From Perkinsela sp. CCAP 1560/9 (taxonomy: Eukaryota; Protista; Euglenozoa: Kinetoplastea), in the NCBI GenBank assembly GCA_965644495.1, contig CBFFSA010000001.1, positions 868,001-932,000 of the forward strand: 64,000 nucleotides of DNA, in the 5' to 3' direction. Below the pieces are notes generated by a model. That model was not told the DNA's origin. It saw nothing but the letters and a program-made list of their open reading frames with translations, and searched no databases. A program made the translations under genes and the position numbers. This document shows, one piece after another, positions 1 to 11,732 of the stretch. Each line of letters opens with the position of its first letter. Position 1 is the first letter of the stretch.

Positions 1-346
1 GGCCATGCACAACGCTCACACCCGGCTAAACTTTCTGGCACACGCCAAGCTGGCTCCGCTGTATGAAAAGGTCCGGCAAGGGGTAGAGGAGCGTCAGCAC
101 AGCGTGCATGGGTTTGCCTCCTGGGGAGGGAAGTACCTGCGGACGATTAACTATTGCTACCAGCTAGCCGCGCGGAACGTTCAACACAAACTCCAGACTG
201 TGGAGTCGATGAAGCGAGACCAGCCGGTGGAACGATGGGGAAGTCCGGAGTATAAATTTAGGACGGAGAAGCCCACGCAGGAATATAAAATAGGTCCTCA
301 CGAGGCTACCCCGCCGCATGGCACAGAACACTCATGGCCTAGGTAA
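1..346 (+). CDS. 3' end of a hypothetical protein gene, probably entering from upstream of the window
   Basis: Open + frame to TAA at 346, same orientation as the whole cluster; no motif recognised. Confidence 0.5.
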   Translation, partial: AMHNAHTRLNFLAHAKLAPLYEKVRQGVEERQHSVHGFASWGGKYLRTINYCYQLAARNVQHKLQTVESMKRDQPVERWGSPEYKFRTEKPTQEYKIGPHEATPPHGTEHSWPR

Positions 347-700
347 TACCAGGCGGAATGTTCTTACGAAATTCTTCTCGCATACTATCACTCCAGACAC
401 ACTTGGATTTTCAAGACCATTGTTTTATAGTTCTATGATCTCCACATGTTGTTTTTAACGTGTAGATTCAAGTGGATTGAATGCCTCGAAAACGATGTGA
501 ATAGAAGGGAACTGATGTTTGGCATGGTCACATTCTAGGCCTTGAGGCCTAGAGGTGAGCAACATTTTTTTTCAGAAGCGTTTCGTCGAATTAATGTTGT
601 GTGTCATTACTTACCCCGCCTGTGTATCCGTACTAGTGAGCTTCATTCAATATGGTACAGATTTTCTTGTTACGTCTCTTGTTTTTTGGCTTCTTTATTT

Positions 701-1354
701 ATGACTACGAATTGGATATACCCCGAAGCAGAAGTGGAGGTGTCCGTATTTAAGCAAGGCAGACTGGCAAGTTGGGGTAATAACTTTAGGATAGCTTGCA
801 AGAACTTTTCCATAGACATATCCAAAGTAAGGGGACTGCCGGAGGCCTGGTTCGACACTTTTTCTTTACGTACGCTAGGGGCGATCCCGGACTCTTCTAC
901 CCAAAAGAATGTAGGCTCCCTACACGAAGTGGCGAACTCTCATAACTCGTGGCGACCGAATAGTGAATATACTCCATTGTCTGAAGCCCAGAAAGCTGCT
1001 CTTGATTATGAAATCATCTCGAGCTACGTTCTGGACGCTAGAAAGCATCCCACCATTAGGTTTCGCACAACAAATTTGACGGATGACACACTAGAAGGCG
1101 ATCTTTCAATGCGAGATATATCTCGTCGAATAGTATGCTTGAGGTCGAGAAATGAAGACTATGAAATGGTACACTGTCCTATTGATACTTCTTTGTTCGA
1201 TATGAAGCCATATAGTCTATATTTCGGTTATTTGGAAACGAATCCCATTGTTCAAGTTGACGTGCGGCTGAAGAGAAAAAATGACGCCTTGGCAGATGCA
1301 TCTTGGTTCACCCGATTAGGGCGAAGAGTCCGAAGTATTCTTAGATTATCTTGA
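701..1354 (+). CDS. YceI-like (lipid/polyisoprenoid-binding) domain protein
   Basis: VLDARKHPTIRFRTT..LEGDLSMRDISR..IDTSLFDMKPYS matches the YceI pattern (L.a..yP.I.F.s / G.Ltl.gv / i..sdFgi.P). First ATG after a T-rich tract is 701; the ORF track start at 542 is non-ATG. Confidence 0.7.
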   Translation: MTTNWIYPEAEVEVSVFKQGRLASWGNNFRIACKNFSIDISKVRGLPEAWFDTFSLRTLGAIPDSSTQKNVGSLHEVANSHNSWRPNSEYTPLSEAQKAALDYEIISSYVLDARKHPTIRFRTTNLTDDTLEGDLSMRDISRRIVCLRSRNEDYEMVHCPIDTSLFDMKPYSLYFGYLETNPIVQVDVRLKRKNDALADASWFTRLGRRVRSILRLS

Positions 1355-1413
1355 TGGCACGAGGCAGTCATTTAGGAGTGCAGTGACATTAACATGTTTG
1401 CTTCACTTCGTTT

Positions 1414-1483
1414 TACTGTACCCCCCCCCGTTTATAATAGCCTCGATTTTGCCCAAATGAACCTATAAAGGGGGGGGGGGGGG
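1414..1483. mobile_element. Solo terminus of the TA|CTGT-C-tract TIR element family
   Basis: TA CTGTACCCCCCCCCG...CGATTTTG...G-run has the same architecture as the left end at 18151; no matching partner end found. Confidence 0.5.
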
Positions 1484-1614
1484 CGATGGAAGATTAAAAG
1501 GAACTGAATTATACAATTTAAGACTCGGCGTCGATAAGGATGACGCTAAGTATCGCAAAGGCTTTCCTTATTGCCTTCCGGAGCTGTTTTTACTCTCTGG
1601 TTTCAAAATTTCCT

Positions 1615-3076
1615 TTACGATCGGGATCGATGACGCTGAAAGGCTTCTAATATGATGGGTTCCGTTTGTAGGTATGCCTCGAGTTCATTCAACGCGCTCG
1701 AAACGCGAGCTACTGTTGGAAACGCTGGTACATCCGAAAAATGCTTCAGAACGTCACGAATAGGTCCGCATTGCTTAAGGAATCGATGCCCTTCCACCGC
1801 GATCGCGTCAATGGCCCCCTCTTCTTTTAGAATTACCCAGTACTGTTCGATCGAAGACGGTGGAGCCCTGTTCTTGGCGCAAATTTCCACCACAAATTTT
1901 GCAATTGTCGGTGCTTTTTGCGCGATATACTCAACGGAAGTGAATTTATCGGAAATCCATCGTGCAACTCCTCCCAGTACAGGGGTAGCCCTCACCTTGG
2001 CTTGCTTGGCCCTTTCAAATTCGTCTAGCACGGCAGGAACATTTAGCGCGTTTTCTTTTTCCTGAAAGCTTTCATCCGACATAAGATGTGCAATTAGAGA
2101 CTCACCATGTTCCTGTTGAATTGACGTAACGTTTGTAAGCAACTTATCAAGGTGTTGACAACTTTTGCTTTCTCTGTTGTGCTCATACTTTGATCATCAA
2201 GAAGACCTCTGTACCAATCTAACTCCAGCTTTATCGTATTCCAAAAGTCGGACTTCGAAAACGACCCCTTTGTACTGCCCTCTTGAAGAAGTTGTTCCTC
2301 CACCCCAGAAAGCGTTCGTAAAGGACTTGTCTAATTTAAATAGTGGAGTACTTGTCCAGGGAGAGAGTGCGGTTTTAGAGACGTTGTTTAGGAAGTGACC
2401 GACGCATGGGATGAGAGCTACATGTGTACTGTATCAACCGTATTCCATCATGCGCGATCCGCAAAACTTCACTGTTAATGGCGTTGTTTAAATTGATCCA
2501 ATCTTGGTTCCCCAGAATGCACAGTGGTAAGTAGAGTTCTCGCAACTCATTCTCAGCCTCGTCCCGTGCTACGTGGTTAACGGCGGCACCGTCTACAATT
2601 ATATAGGCCCACTTCAGAAGACGTTGAACGCCGAGGTGTCGTCGCAGATCATGTACAATCGACGTTCCAATTTCCTGACCATTGAATGCACTGTGCCTGT
2701 TGTGGTACATTGGAGGTAATACCCAGTGGTCAGGTCCAGCATAAAGCACGACTAGCATAATGTGTTCACCTAGCAGTTGATCAGTACCGCCGTCCATAGC
2801 AATGCCGAAAATTTCGGAATCATCAATACTGTTCTTAATTTTACCCCACAGATCACGTGCAAGTAAGCCTATGTCATTCTCTAAATCCTCCGATGTTCTG
2901 GGGGTACCTTTGTCCATGGCTTCGATGGGAATATTCGGCGGAAGACGGTGGCGCCATTCCTCCATTTTTCCAATGACGAACGCTTCCACGGAGAGCGGAA
3001 TATTTGTTGATGCTATTATGGAAGGCACGATATGAAGCCAATATTCAAGAAGGAAGAAAGAAGAGGGAAGCCACAT
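1615..3076 (-). pseudogene. Frameshifted, truncated hAT-superfamily transposase
   Basis: Three successive minus-strand ORFs (2375-3076, 2094-2303, 1615-2142): NIPLS, FGIAMDGGTD (first Asp), IIVDGAAVN (second Asp), YTCSSH (CxxH), FWNT (RWNS-like), PIRDVLKHFS..PTV. C-terminal dimerisation region absent. Confidence 0.75.
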
Positions 3077-4313
3077 GTATTGTACTTTTGTCGGTCCGAA
3101 TTATAGAATCTAGTGTTTCATTGGGAAAGGACAATACACTCAACACAATTATTTGTGTAACGAAACACAGGAAAACGAAAATTTGTGACTTTTTTATTGT
3201 GCATCATTTTTAAAAATGGAAATTTAATTTTAATTTTTTTGCCCAAATTCTAAAATCAAAACTGTTTTTTAACCTAAACGAGGGGCCGGTTTAGAATGCC
3301 TGTGAGGGCGTGAATCATTTTAAACTTACTCTTCACGTTGCGCTGAGCGCAGTTGATAAGCGGGGGTTCTAGAACTCCATAGTGGCCTCGACAGGAATGG
3401 TTGTTTTGCATTGGGCACAACCAACAATTTTCAGTACGATCACAGGATACAGGCTCCTCGTGATAGTTTTCCTTGGCACACCATGCGTGCTGATGTTTTA
3501 GGTAATCGATATTTTAGGCATTTTGAAAATATCTAAAAATACCTACAGTCAGAGGGTTGAAACAAGTGGGTGCGTCTGGGTGCAGCTGAGTTAGGGGAGG
3601 GGTGAATTGTTTTTATATTTTTTCTCTTGTATTTTTTCTCAACACCTAGATATTGGCAAACTCTTAATTTTCTCATATATTTTTTTATACGGACGTTCCC
3701 CAAAAATGGAAAACACTTCAGAAAATAAGTATTTTCACAGTTATTCAAAAAAAGATCCGCAAACCACTTCCTCTTTTTCTCAGGAATCCACCGCGGTGCT
3801 GGTCGATAAACCAGGGGAGCAGATCAATGTTCCCCATACTTTCGGAATGACGCTTTCGATCCATTCGATAAAAAACGGTATACAATTTTCAAAAAAAGTT
3901 TCATAATTTATTCAATGAAACATTTTTTTATGAATCATATATTTTTATAAAAGTCGAAAAATGACCCAAATAAAAAAAAGAATTACCGGAGGTGCATACA
4001 TGTGAGGGGCTGCGGGTGGGGATTCGGTGCGATCTCGGTGCGGTGTACCTACTTATCTCAGTGCAAGAACAGGAATGCGGAGTGTAGAATGGGTAGGGGT
4101 GGGGGGCAGGGGCGTAGAAGGCGAAGGCGTGGCCTCATGAATCCGGACATTGTTGGAGAGTAAATCTGAATGAAATTTGCGGTTAGTAGCAAATCAATAC
4201 GGTTAGTAACAAATCTACTAAAAGGAATATACGAGTGATTTTACCAAAGAAATGGGTAACCCTGATACACTTATTTATAACTACAAAATCACCACGAGCC
4301 TTGAACATAAATA

Positions 4314-5588
4314 TTATTTAGCGCACTTACTTGATTTTTTGGGCTCATAGGCAACGCCATCTATATTTTCCTTAACCCACTCTCTGCCGCTTTCGATACC
4401 CTCAACTACACCGCACCCTTTACTACACAAACACTCACCTTCATCACTTGTAGATTTCAAACTTAAATTTATAATGGAATCATACTGCGGCTGAGTAGCC
4501 AGCAGTCCATACGCAACTACAAAAACAATTTGAAAAGCATCTCTGACCCATGGCATATCATGATCAGTACCATGAAGAAAACGAAACTTGTCGAAGTGTG
4601 CAAAACGTCGCTCAATTCGAGAGCGAATCAGTGAAATCCTTTCATTCACACGTTTTTCATCATCGGTGAGACCACGGCCACTTTTCTTATAGGATACAAG
4701 GCAGTGCACACAACCTATGTACCCTAGATCGGCCAAGAACATTTCGTCCTGTGGTGAGTGAACAGCGGAGTACGATGCACACTAGTACTCTTATAAATTT
4801 TGGCATCATGCATGCTGCCAACAACTGATCCGCGAAAAGGTTATTCTTGTCCGCAGCTTGTCTCACCATAAGCTTTTTCAGTGTCTTCACGGCAACCCCA
4901 ACGCCCTCATGAAGGCGATGCGTTAAAAGAATTGACCCCAATTTGCAGAAGAGGGTTCAGAGGCCGTCCTCCTCGATGCTCGGGAATCGCGTGTCCGGCG
5001 GCATGCTAGCCAAACGTTTGTCGTAGTGGACCATATCCAGTCTGCCCCCCACTGCGTTACAGACGCGACGCTTTACTTCTTGTGTTAGCCATGCCTCACC
5101 GCTAAACCCCGTTCGCGTTAGGCATGCGTGCAACTCCGGGCCACAACGAGGGTTCCTAGGTTCCGAACAAGGATGGGAAAGTTTCGCAGATGTCTTTTTG
5201 GGGTGCTCTTTTCCAACTCTCCGACGGGGACAGTAACGGTGCTCGGAGGGCGAAACAGAACAGATTCCTCCCCGCACAGTTCATCTCGCAGTTTGACTTG
5301 GGGCGTTATGTCCGTGCTGGAGAAATCACCTCGTTGCGAGGCACTCAAGTTACGACGAATCACTTGGGTACCGTGAATAGAGTTGTCCGCGCATGCGGAT
5401 GCGCGCTCCAGTACGGGATCAATGTTGACGAGTTCTTTAGCAAACTGAATGGCTCCGGGAAGGGCCCCAAAGATGTTCCATTGCACGGTCAAGCCAAGTC
5501 GCTTCATGGAGCAAAGCTCCATATAAGAGGCCTTTGGGGAAGGAGCGTTGTTCACCACAGGGACAAGCTCAGGAATAGTATCCACCAT
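4314..5588 (-). pseudogene. Decayed PIF/Harbinger (IS5-like, DDE_Tnp_4) transposase
   Basis: FLADLGYIG..YKK..LTDDEKRVNERISLIRSRIERRFAHF is the DDE_Tnp_4 C-terminal signature; GSMHDAKIY lies in an alternative frame near 4790-4830; several frameshifts. Upstream extent is uncertain. Confidence 0.75.
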
Positions 5589-5910
5589 AAGATTAAACTA
5601 GTGTAAGGATCGTAATTCAGATGATAGTAGTTCTGGTAAACGATGTGTCTCTCTCAACATGAGCTTATACACGCTTGTATACACGCTTGTCGTACAAGGG
5701 AGATGTATGTTCAGATCCTATCATTTTATTTTAATTCTTACTGAGATGCAATTCCTACCACAAGAACATATCCCAAATACTCATTAGGTTTCTTCTCTAT
5801 TCAGCATTCGCTTTCACCCAACACATGTTCCTGGCTTAAAACCTCCACCCACACACCTCAACCTCGAACCACACCCACACAACTCCATTCCACACATCTC
5901 CACCACCCTC

Positions 5911-7872
5911 ATGAAACCCACCACCAGCAACGACCCCGACGAACCCTGGGGCGGTGCCTCCAGTCTCGCCGACACCCTCTCCGCCGGCTCCCCCTCCTCC
6001 GCCGCCGCCTTCCTCTCCGTCGATGAGCTCGCCCTCCCCTCCGACCTCCCCTCCGGTCTCACCCTCTCCCACCACCCCCACCACCCCCACCACATCCTCA
6101 GCGGTCGTCACCCACCCCCCACCGACCCCACGGACCGCATCTACGCCCCCAGTCGCAGCTCCTCCACCGCAAGTACCACCCGGGGGAGTACCAGTGCCGC
6201 GTCCCGTCTGCTCCCCCGTCTCCCCTTCCTCTCCTCTTCCTCTTCCTCTCCCCACCACTCCACCACGCGTCGAGTCCCCTGCGCCCTCTCCGCCACGCTC
6301 CCCGGGGCTCACTCCTTTGATGATATCCTCACAGGCGGGGGAGTGCCCTCGGAGCCCCGTAGTCCACTGCTCACGGCACGCTCCGCGCTGTCGTGTGACG
6401 CGTTGGAGAGTGCGCGGATGGGGAGTGGAGGGGGGGGAGGGGTACGGATGATGGGTGGGGGAGGGATGATGGGAGGGGGTGGTGGTGGACGATCCCCGTT
6501 AGGGTCTTCGTCGTATTACCTCCCCCCCGCGGTGGGGTCGTATGGGGAGGGAAAGGGAAATGGGACGGGGGAGCAGGGGGGGAAGGGTGGGGGAGGGGAG
6601 GAGGGAGAAGGTGGTGGAAAGGGAGGGATGGTGAAAAGGTCGTGGGAGGGGGTGAAACGGGCAGTTTCCTGGTGTGGTCTGTGGTTGCCGTACTCGAATT
6701 ATGCTTTTGGGGTGTTTCTGATTGTGACGGTGGCGATTATCTGGGTTGTGTCCTCGTTGTGGATTCAGTACATCTATGGGAATTTGGAATACAACAAGCC
6801 GTACTTTTTGACCTACTTCAACACGTTTGGGTTCTCCGTGTGGAATTTCGGGTACATCTTTCGTCGCCGTTGGCGTGGGGTGCTGTGTGGTCGGCGGGAT
6901 ACGGTGGCGAAGACCCCAAAGGTGGGGGCTTGCGTGGAGGAGGAACCGGTACCGGATCCTATGGAAGAGGTCTCTACGCGAACCAACCCACCCACCTCGG
7001 AGCCCTGTACGGGGCGATCAAGTTATCCTATCGCTGAGCTGGCGACTCCACGGTCTGGGGCTCGTTGCTGGGACTCCTGTCGGGTGTGCCTGGCTCGCAC
7101 GTGTCCGGGAACGAAGGAGTACGACGCCGCGGAGGGGGAGGAGTCGGGTGTGATGCCGGACACAGAACCCTACCACATGCGTCGGCTGTGGTGGGCCACC
7201 TTGTATTTCTGTCCTCTGTGGTTTATCGCCAACTCGCTGTTCAATGCCTCGCTTACGGCCACCACAGTGTCCACAAATACGATTCTAAGCTCCACAAGCT
7301 CGGTGTGGACGCTCGTGCTGAGCTTTTTTATTCTCGGTCAGCGGGCCCGCATCCACCATTTTGGTGCCGTTCTTCTCTGTGTTGGTGGTTCCATTATGGT
7401 GGGATTTGCCACCGGGTCGAATCAAGGGCACTCCACACCATATGGCATGGCGGCCGCGAGTGTTTCTGCGTTTTTCTATGCGGCCTATACCGTCGCGCTA
7501 AAACGACAGCTTCCTGATGAACGGCACTACAGCATGGGGATGGTGTTTGGACTACTGGGGGTAGTGAACACTCTGATTTTCTGGCCCGGATTTCTGATTC
7601 TTCACTACACCGGTACTGAAACCTTTTTATTCCCGCCGAAGCACACAATATGGCCCCTTGTTGTTAACGCCCTGGTCGGTACCAGTCTTTCCGATGTATT
7701 ATGGGCCCGAGGCGTGGTGCTGACTTCACCACTCGTTGCTACTGTGGGACTATCACTTACCATTCCCCTCGCTATGGTGCTAGACTTCTTTATAAAATCG
7801 CACACATTTACGCCTCTTTATTTTGGAGGAGCGCTGACAGTAACGGCAGGGTTCGTGCTCTGCAATATTTAA
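5911..7872 (+). CDS. SLC35F5/THI74-like drug/metabolite (EamA) transporter with low-complexity N-terminus
   Basis: IIWVVSS..YNKPYFLTYFNT, FCPLWFIANSLFNASL..TTVSTNTILSSTSSVWTL, LTSPLVATVGLSLTIPLAMVLD; about 10 TM helices. Confidence 0.9.
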   Translation: MKPTTSNDPDEPWGGASSLADTLSAGSPSSAAAFLSVDELALPSDLPSGLTLSHHPHHPHHILSGRHPPPTDPTDRIYAPSRSSSTASTTRGSTSAASRLLPRLPFLSSSSSSPHHSTTRRVPCALSATLPGAHSFDDILTGGGVPSEPRSPLLTARSALSCDALESARMGSGGGGGVRMMGGGGMMGGGGGGRSPLGSSSYYLPPAVGSYGEGKGNGTGEQGGKGGGGEEGEGGGKGGMVKRSWEGVKRAVSWCGLWLPYSNYAFGVFLIVTVAIIWVVSSLWIQYIYGNLEYNKPYFLTYFNTFGFSVWNFGYIFRRRWRGVLCGRRDTVAKTPKVGACVEEEPVPDPMEEVSTRTNPPTSEPCTGRSSYPIAELATPRSGARCWDSCRVCLARTCPGTKEYDAAEGEESGVMPDTEPYHMRRLWWATLYFCPLWFIANSLFNASLTATTVSTNTILSSTSSVWTLVLSFFILGQRARIHHFGAVLLCVGGSIMVGFATGSNQGHSTPYGMAAASVSAFFYAAYTVALKRQLPDERHYSMGMVFGLLGVVNTLIFWPGFLILHYTGTETFLFPPKHTIWPLVVNALVGTSLSDVLWARGVVLTSPLVATVGLSLTIPLAMVLDFFIKSHTFTPLYFGGALTVTAGFVLCNI

Positions 7873-8326
7873 GTATAATTTCGGTAGAATTGTTTACGGT
7901 ACGTGGTAAATAATACATAGAAAAAATTTCTATAGAAAGGGGTCTACTGAAAAGGATCCAAAAAAAGGAATATGTGACGTCCCGTAGAAGACTTACGGAC
8001 AGCCAAATCGAATACTATGACAGCTTTGAATAAATTAATATCTTTAAATTCATCTATCTTTTTTGAGGCAGTTTTTACCCTAATTTAGTGTAATTAAAAC
8101 CCTAAAAGTTATAATTCAAGTTTTTGGGCTCTCTTTAAAAATAATATTTGCTTCTTTAGAGATACGCATGCGAGAGTTAGGCACATCTAGACGCTTTTTT
8201 TGTTACAAAAATTTATCACGCTCTATCAATGTGGTCTTCATGGTGAACAAAGAAATACGTTCTCCTGGACACGTTCTATTTATATCAAAAGTTTTCGATT
8301 ATTTTTTCGGTGTTTGTTCTGACTTC

Positions 8327-9079
8327 ATGTTAAAGCCTGTGCGCCAACTCTTGCTCGGAGGGCCCGACCGACGCACACGGCATCACTTTATGCTAGACGG
8401 GGAGATTAATCCGCGAGAATGGTTTAATTGGCACCCTCGAGAATTCCAGCCTTGGTATTATGATTCTCACAAGTTCGAATTTGAACAGCGTCACTGGGCC
8501 CACATGCGTCACATGTTGTGCCGACAGGTATATAAAGCGGATCTGATCCAGCTGACGAAATACCCCGAGCCCACGACGTACATAGTGGACTGTAGAATGG
8601 AGGTGGAGAAAATGCATTTCTGGATTCCCCACTCAATTTGGATTCCTCGAGACGAGATTGACTACGCCCTCCAGCTAAATGAAAAGGAATTTCGCGAAAT
8701 GTATGCCGTGGAGAAGCCCAATCGAGGATTTGACGTCATTCTTGTCTCCCACAATGGACTCATGTCCGAGCAAGCCGGTTGGGAATTCAAAAAGGCACAC
8801 TTCGAGCACGTATACAATTACCGCATGGGAACAAATGAACTTTTCGGGGAGCAATACTATGACTTCCCACCGAGACCGAAATTAAAACCCTGGAAAGGAC
8901 CCTACCCCTGGTCCGGTATATTTACGGATAATTGGTCGAAGAGGAAAGTTCTGACACGAACGGGACCCTTTGACAGAGAATATGAGCTGCAGGAATTCGC
9001 TCTCCCAGATTTAGAACTTGAGCAAAAGCGACATCCTGCAGATGGTCCACGCAGCCATATGCCATGGGGTCTACAATAA
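8327..9079 (+). CDS. Rhodanese-like domain protein, probably mitochondrial and non-catalytic
   Basis: YIVDCR..IPHSIWIP..VILVSHNGLMSEQA..VYNYRMG is a rhodanese fold with Ser at the active-site Cys position; MLKPVRQLL resembles a mitochondrial presequence. Confidence 0.75.
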   Translation: MLKPVRQLLLGGPDRRTRHHFMLDGEINPREWFNWHPREFQPWYYDSHKFEFEQRHWAHMRHMLCRQVYKADLIQLTKYPEPTTYIVDCRMEVEKMHFWIPHSIWIPRDEIDYALQLNEKEFREMYAVEKPNRGFDVILVSHNGLMSEQAGWEFKKAHFEHVYNYRMGTNELFGEQYYDFPPRPKLKPWKGPYPWSGIFTDNWSKRKVLTRTGPFDREYELQEFALPDLELEQKRHPADGPRSHMPWGLQ

Positions 9080-9327
9080 GAATACGTGCATGCCATACAC
9101 ACAAATATTATTGTGTCCTTATCTGTATCTGATTTTCTAAATATAAAATTTCTTACAATCTCCACCTACAATCTTCAAATTTAAGTTAAATTATTTAACC
9201 TTAATTTTGGGGTGACCCAAAACTCTTTGGTGTGAAGAGATTAGCGCATTCATCCTATAAATCGTGCGCATTTCTTCAACGTTATTTCCCCTTTAACTTG
9301 TCGGATAAGAAAATAATTTAGAGATCA

Positions 9328-11732
9328 ATGGACCCCGACGAGACGTACGGCATGCCTCGCTCAAGAGCCTTCGTGGACCCTTTTGACAATGTTCCACCAC
9401 CACCCATCCATGCAGAACCGGAACCAGAGTCGTACGATGTCGAGAGTCCGGGCGCCCTTCCCGATAACATGACCGTGGCGCACGGACTACCGGCCGCCGA
9501 GACTCGCACCGTCATATGGGGAACCTCCATCGATATCCAAGAACTCGAGCGTAGCTGTCGGCAGTACGCCGAGACCGCACTTCACAGCCGACTGCGAGAG
9601 CTCACACAACCCGGGTGCGGCCTGGAGGTGGACATGTCCACACTCGCGGACACCCACCCCTTTCTTCACGAATCCATGATGGAACACCCCACGACCTGTA
9701 TCCCGGTATTCGAGCTCGCCCTCGGGGAGCACTGGTATCAAATCCACACAACCCCCCCTGCCGGCGTGCGTGAGCTCCCCTCCGCGACCTCCCCCCACGC
9801 CCCCTCGGTTCGCCCCCTTGTCCTCTGCCCCTACAACGTCCCCGAGACCGCGATGAATGGGCTCTCCCACCTCCACGTGGAGCGTCTCACCGCGGTCCGG
9901 GGTATTGTCGTGCGCACCTCCACGGTGATCCCCGAGATGGCCCACGCGGAGTTCCAGTGTGAGAAGTGTGCGCTCACCACCCACTCCAGCGTGGATCGGG
10001 GTAAAATCCACGAGCCCCCGCGCTGTCCCGGGTGTGGCGCCCACGGCACCTTCCGTCTCATGCACCACCTGTGTATCTACGAGGACAAACAGGTGATTCG
10101 GCTACAGGAGACCCCCGAGGATATGCGTCCCGGGGAGACCCCGATTACGATCGCGCTCTCGGTGTACAACGCCCTCGTGGACAGTGTGGTGCCCGGGGAT
10201 GTGGTGGTGGCCACCGGGGTGTATCGCGTGCACCCTGCACGGATCCAGCAGAACCGGTATTTGTGCCATGCCGTGGTACGCTCCCATATGGATTGTATTC
10301 ACTTGAAAAGGCTGAAGAAGAGGAATGCACACGATCGTATGAATGAGGGCACGGAGAGGTTTCTGAGCTGTCTGGAGAATAAGGATACCGAGAGTGCGTA
10401 TTTTTTGGGTGAGGTGCAGCGTTTGCGGGAGATGAAGACCGGCCGGATATTTATGACCTCCTGCGACAGTCCCTGGCCCCCTCCGTGTTTGGGATGGAGA
10501 GCGCGAAAGATGGGCTACTGACCCTTCTGTTTGGTGGAACCGCAAAACAATTCTCCAACAGCTCCTGTCGTGGGGAAATTAATATTCTGCTTTGTGGTGA
10601 TCCCGGGCTGGCGAAATCGCAGCTCCTGGCGCATGTGCACCGTGTGTCCCATCGTGGGGTTTATGTGAGTGGTCGAAGTAGCAGTAGTGTCGGACTCACA
10701 GCGTACATTGTGCGCGACGCTGACACAGGGGATCGCGTACTGGAGAGCGGTGCGTTGGTTTTGTCCGACGGTGGGGTGTGCTGTATTGATGAGTTTGATA
10801 AGATGGACACGCAACAGCGAAATGTGCTAAAGGAAGTCATGGAGCAGCACACGTTAAGTATTGCGAAAGCAGGTATTGTGTGCCAGTTGAATGCGCGAAC
10901 CTCAATATTGGCCGCGGCGAATCCTCGCGAGAGTAAGTGGGATAAAAATCTTACCGTTGTTGAGAATCTAAATTTGGACCCCGGTCTACTCAGTCGATTT
11001 GATCTCATCTATCTAATGCTTGATGACCACCCTGAGGAGTTTCACCGCTCCTTAACTCGTCATCTCATTCGCATGTTCGGAGCCACAGGTCCGGAGGAGA
11101 ACGAAAAAGCAGCGGATGCGATGGACACGGATGGAATCGTCAACACGGGTGAGGAAGTTATGTCTTCCACAGACCTCACTAAATTTATTGTGTACGCCCG
11201 CTCACAGATCCATCCTGTGCTCTCGGCTGAGGCTCAGAACTCCCTTATCAATACCTACTGCACCATGCGGGGAGTGCGCTCGTTTGGTTCCATGAGCCCA
11301 ACTCTCCGTACGCTGGAGTCGCTCATACGACTGGCGGAGGCCAGGGCACGTATGCGATGGAGTGTGCAGGTGACATTACGCGACGCTGAGGACGCGCGTG
11401 ATCTAATGCACGCCGCTTGGGGAAGTGCCGGAGTGGACCTCACTGCGGGATCCGGTGACACCGGGGTAAACTTTGCTCGCGTATTTGGTGGTCACGTTTC
11501 CGAGGGCGGCGCTGATTTGCTTGTACGTCGAATCGAGGAGTATCTCCGCACCGTAAGCGAGAGAAGTACGGTGTCAATGGATGAACTTCGCCGTGTGCTA
11601 GGGCGCGGGAGGTCTACTAGTATGGAAGAGATTGCAAATGCGGTGCGCATACTGGAGGTGCGGGAAGTAGTTGTCGGGTTCGACGCTCGAAATGTGTACC
11701 TACGAAATGCATCAGAGGATGCCCGAGGTTAA
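9328..11732 (+). CDS. MCM4: DNA replication licensing factor MCM4, split by a -1 frameshift near 10436
   Basis: VIWGT, C4 zinc finger (CEKC..CPGC), DKQVIRLQETPE..GETP in ORF1; Walker A GDPGLAKSQLL, CCIDEFDKM and SRFD arginine finger in ORF2. Adding one base gives ...REMKDRPDIYDLLRQSLAPSVFG. Confidence 0.9.

Noticed and set aside
10399-10412. T-run (tattttttg) as a programmed -1 slippery site for MCM4
   Set aside because: A shift there would meet TGA at 10410 in the -1 frame; the frame change must lie downstream.
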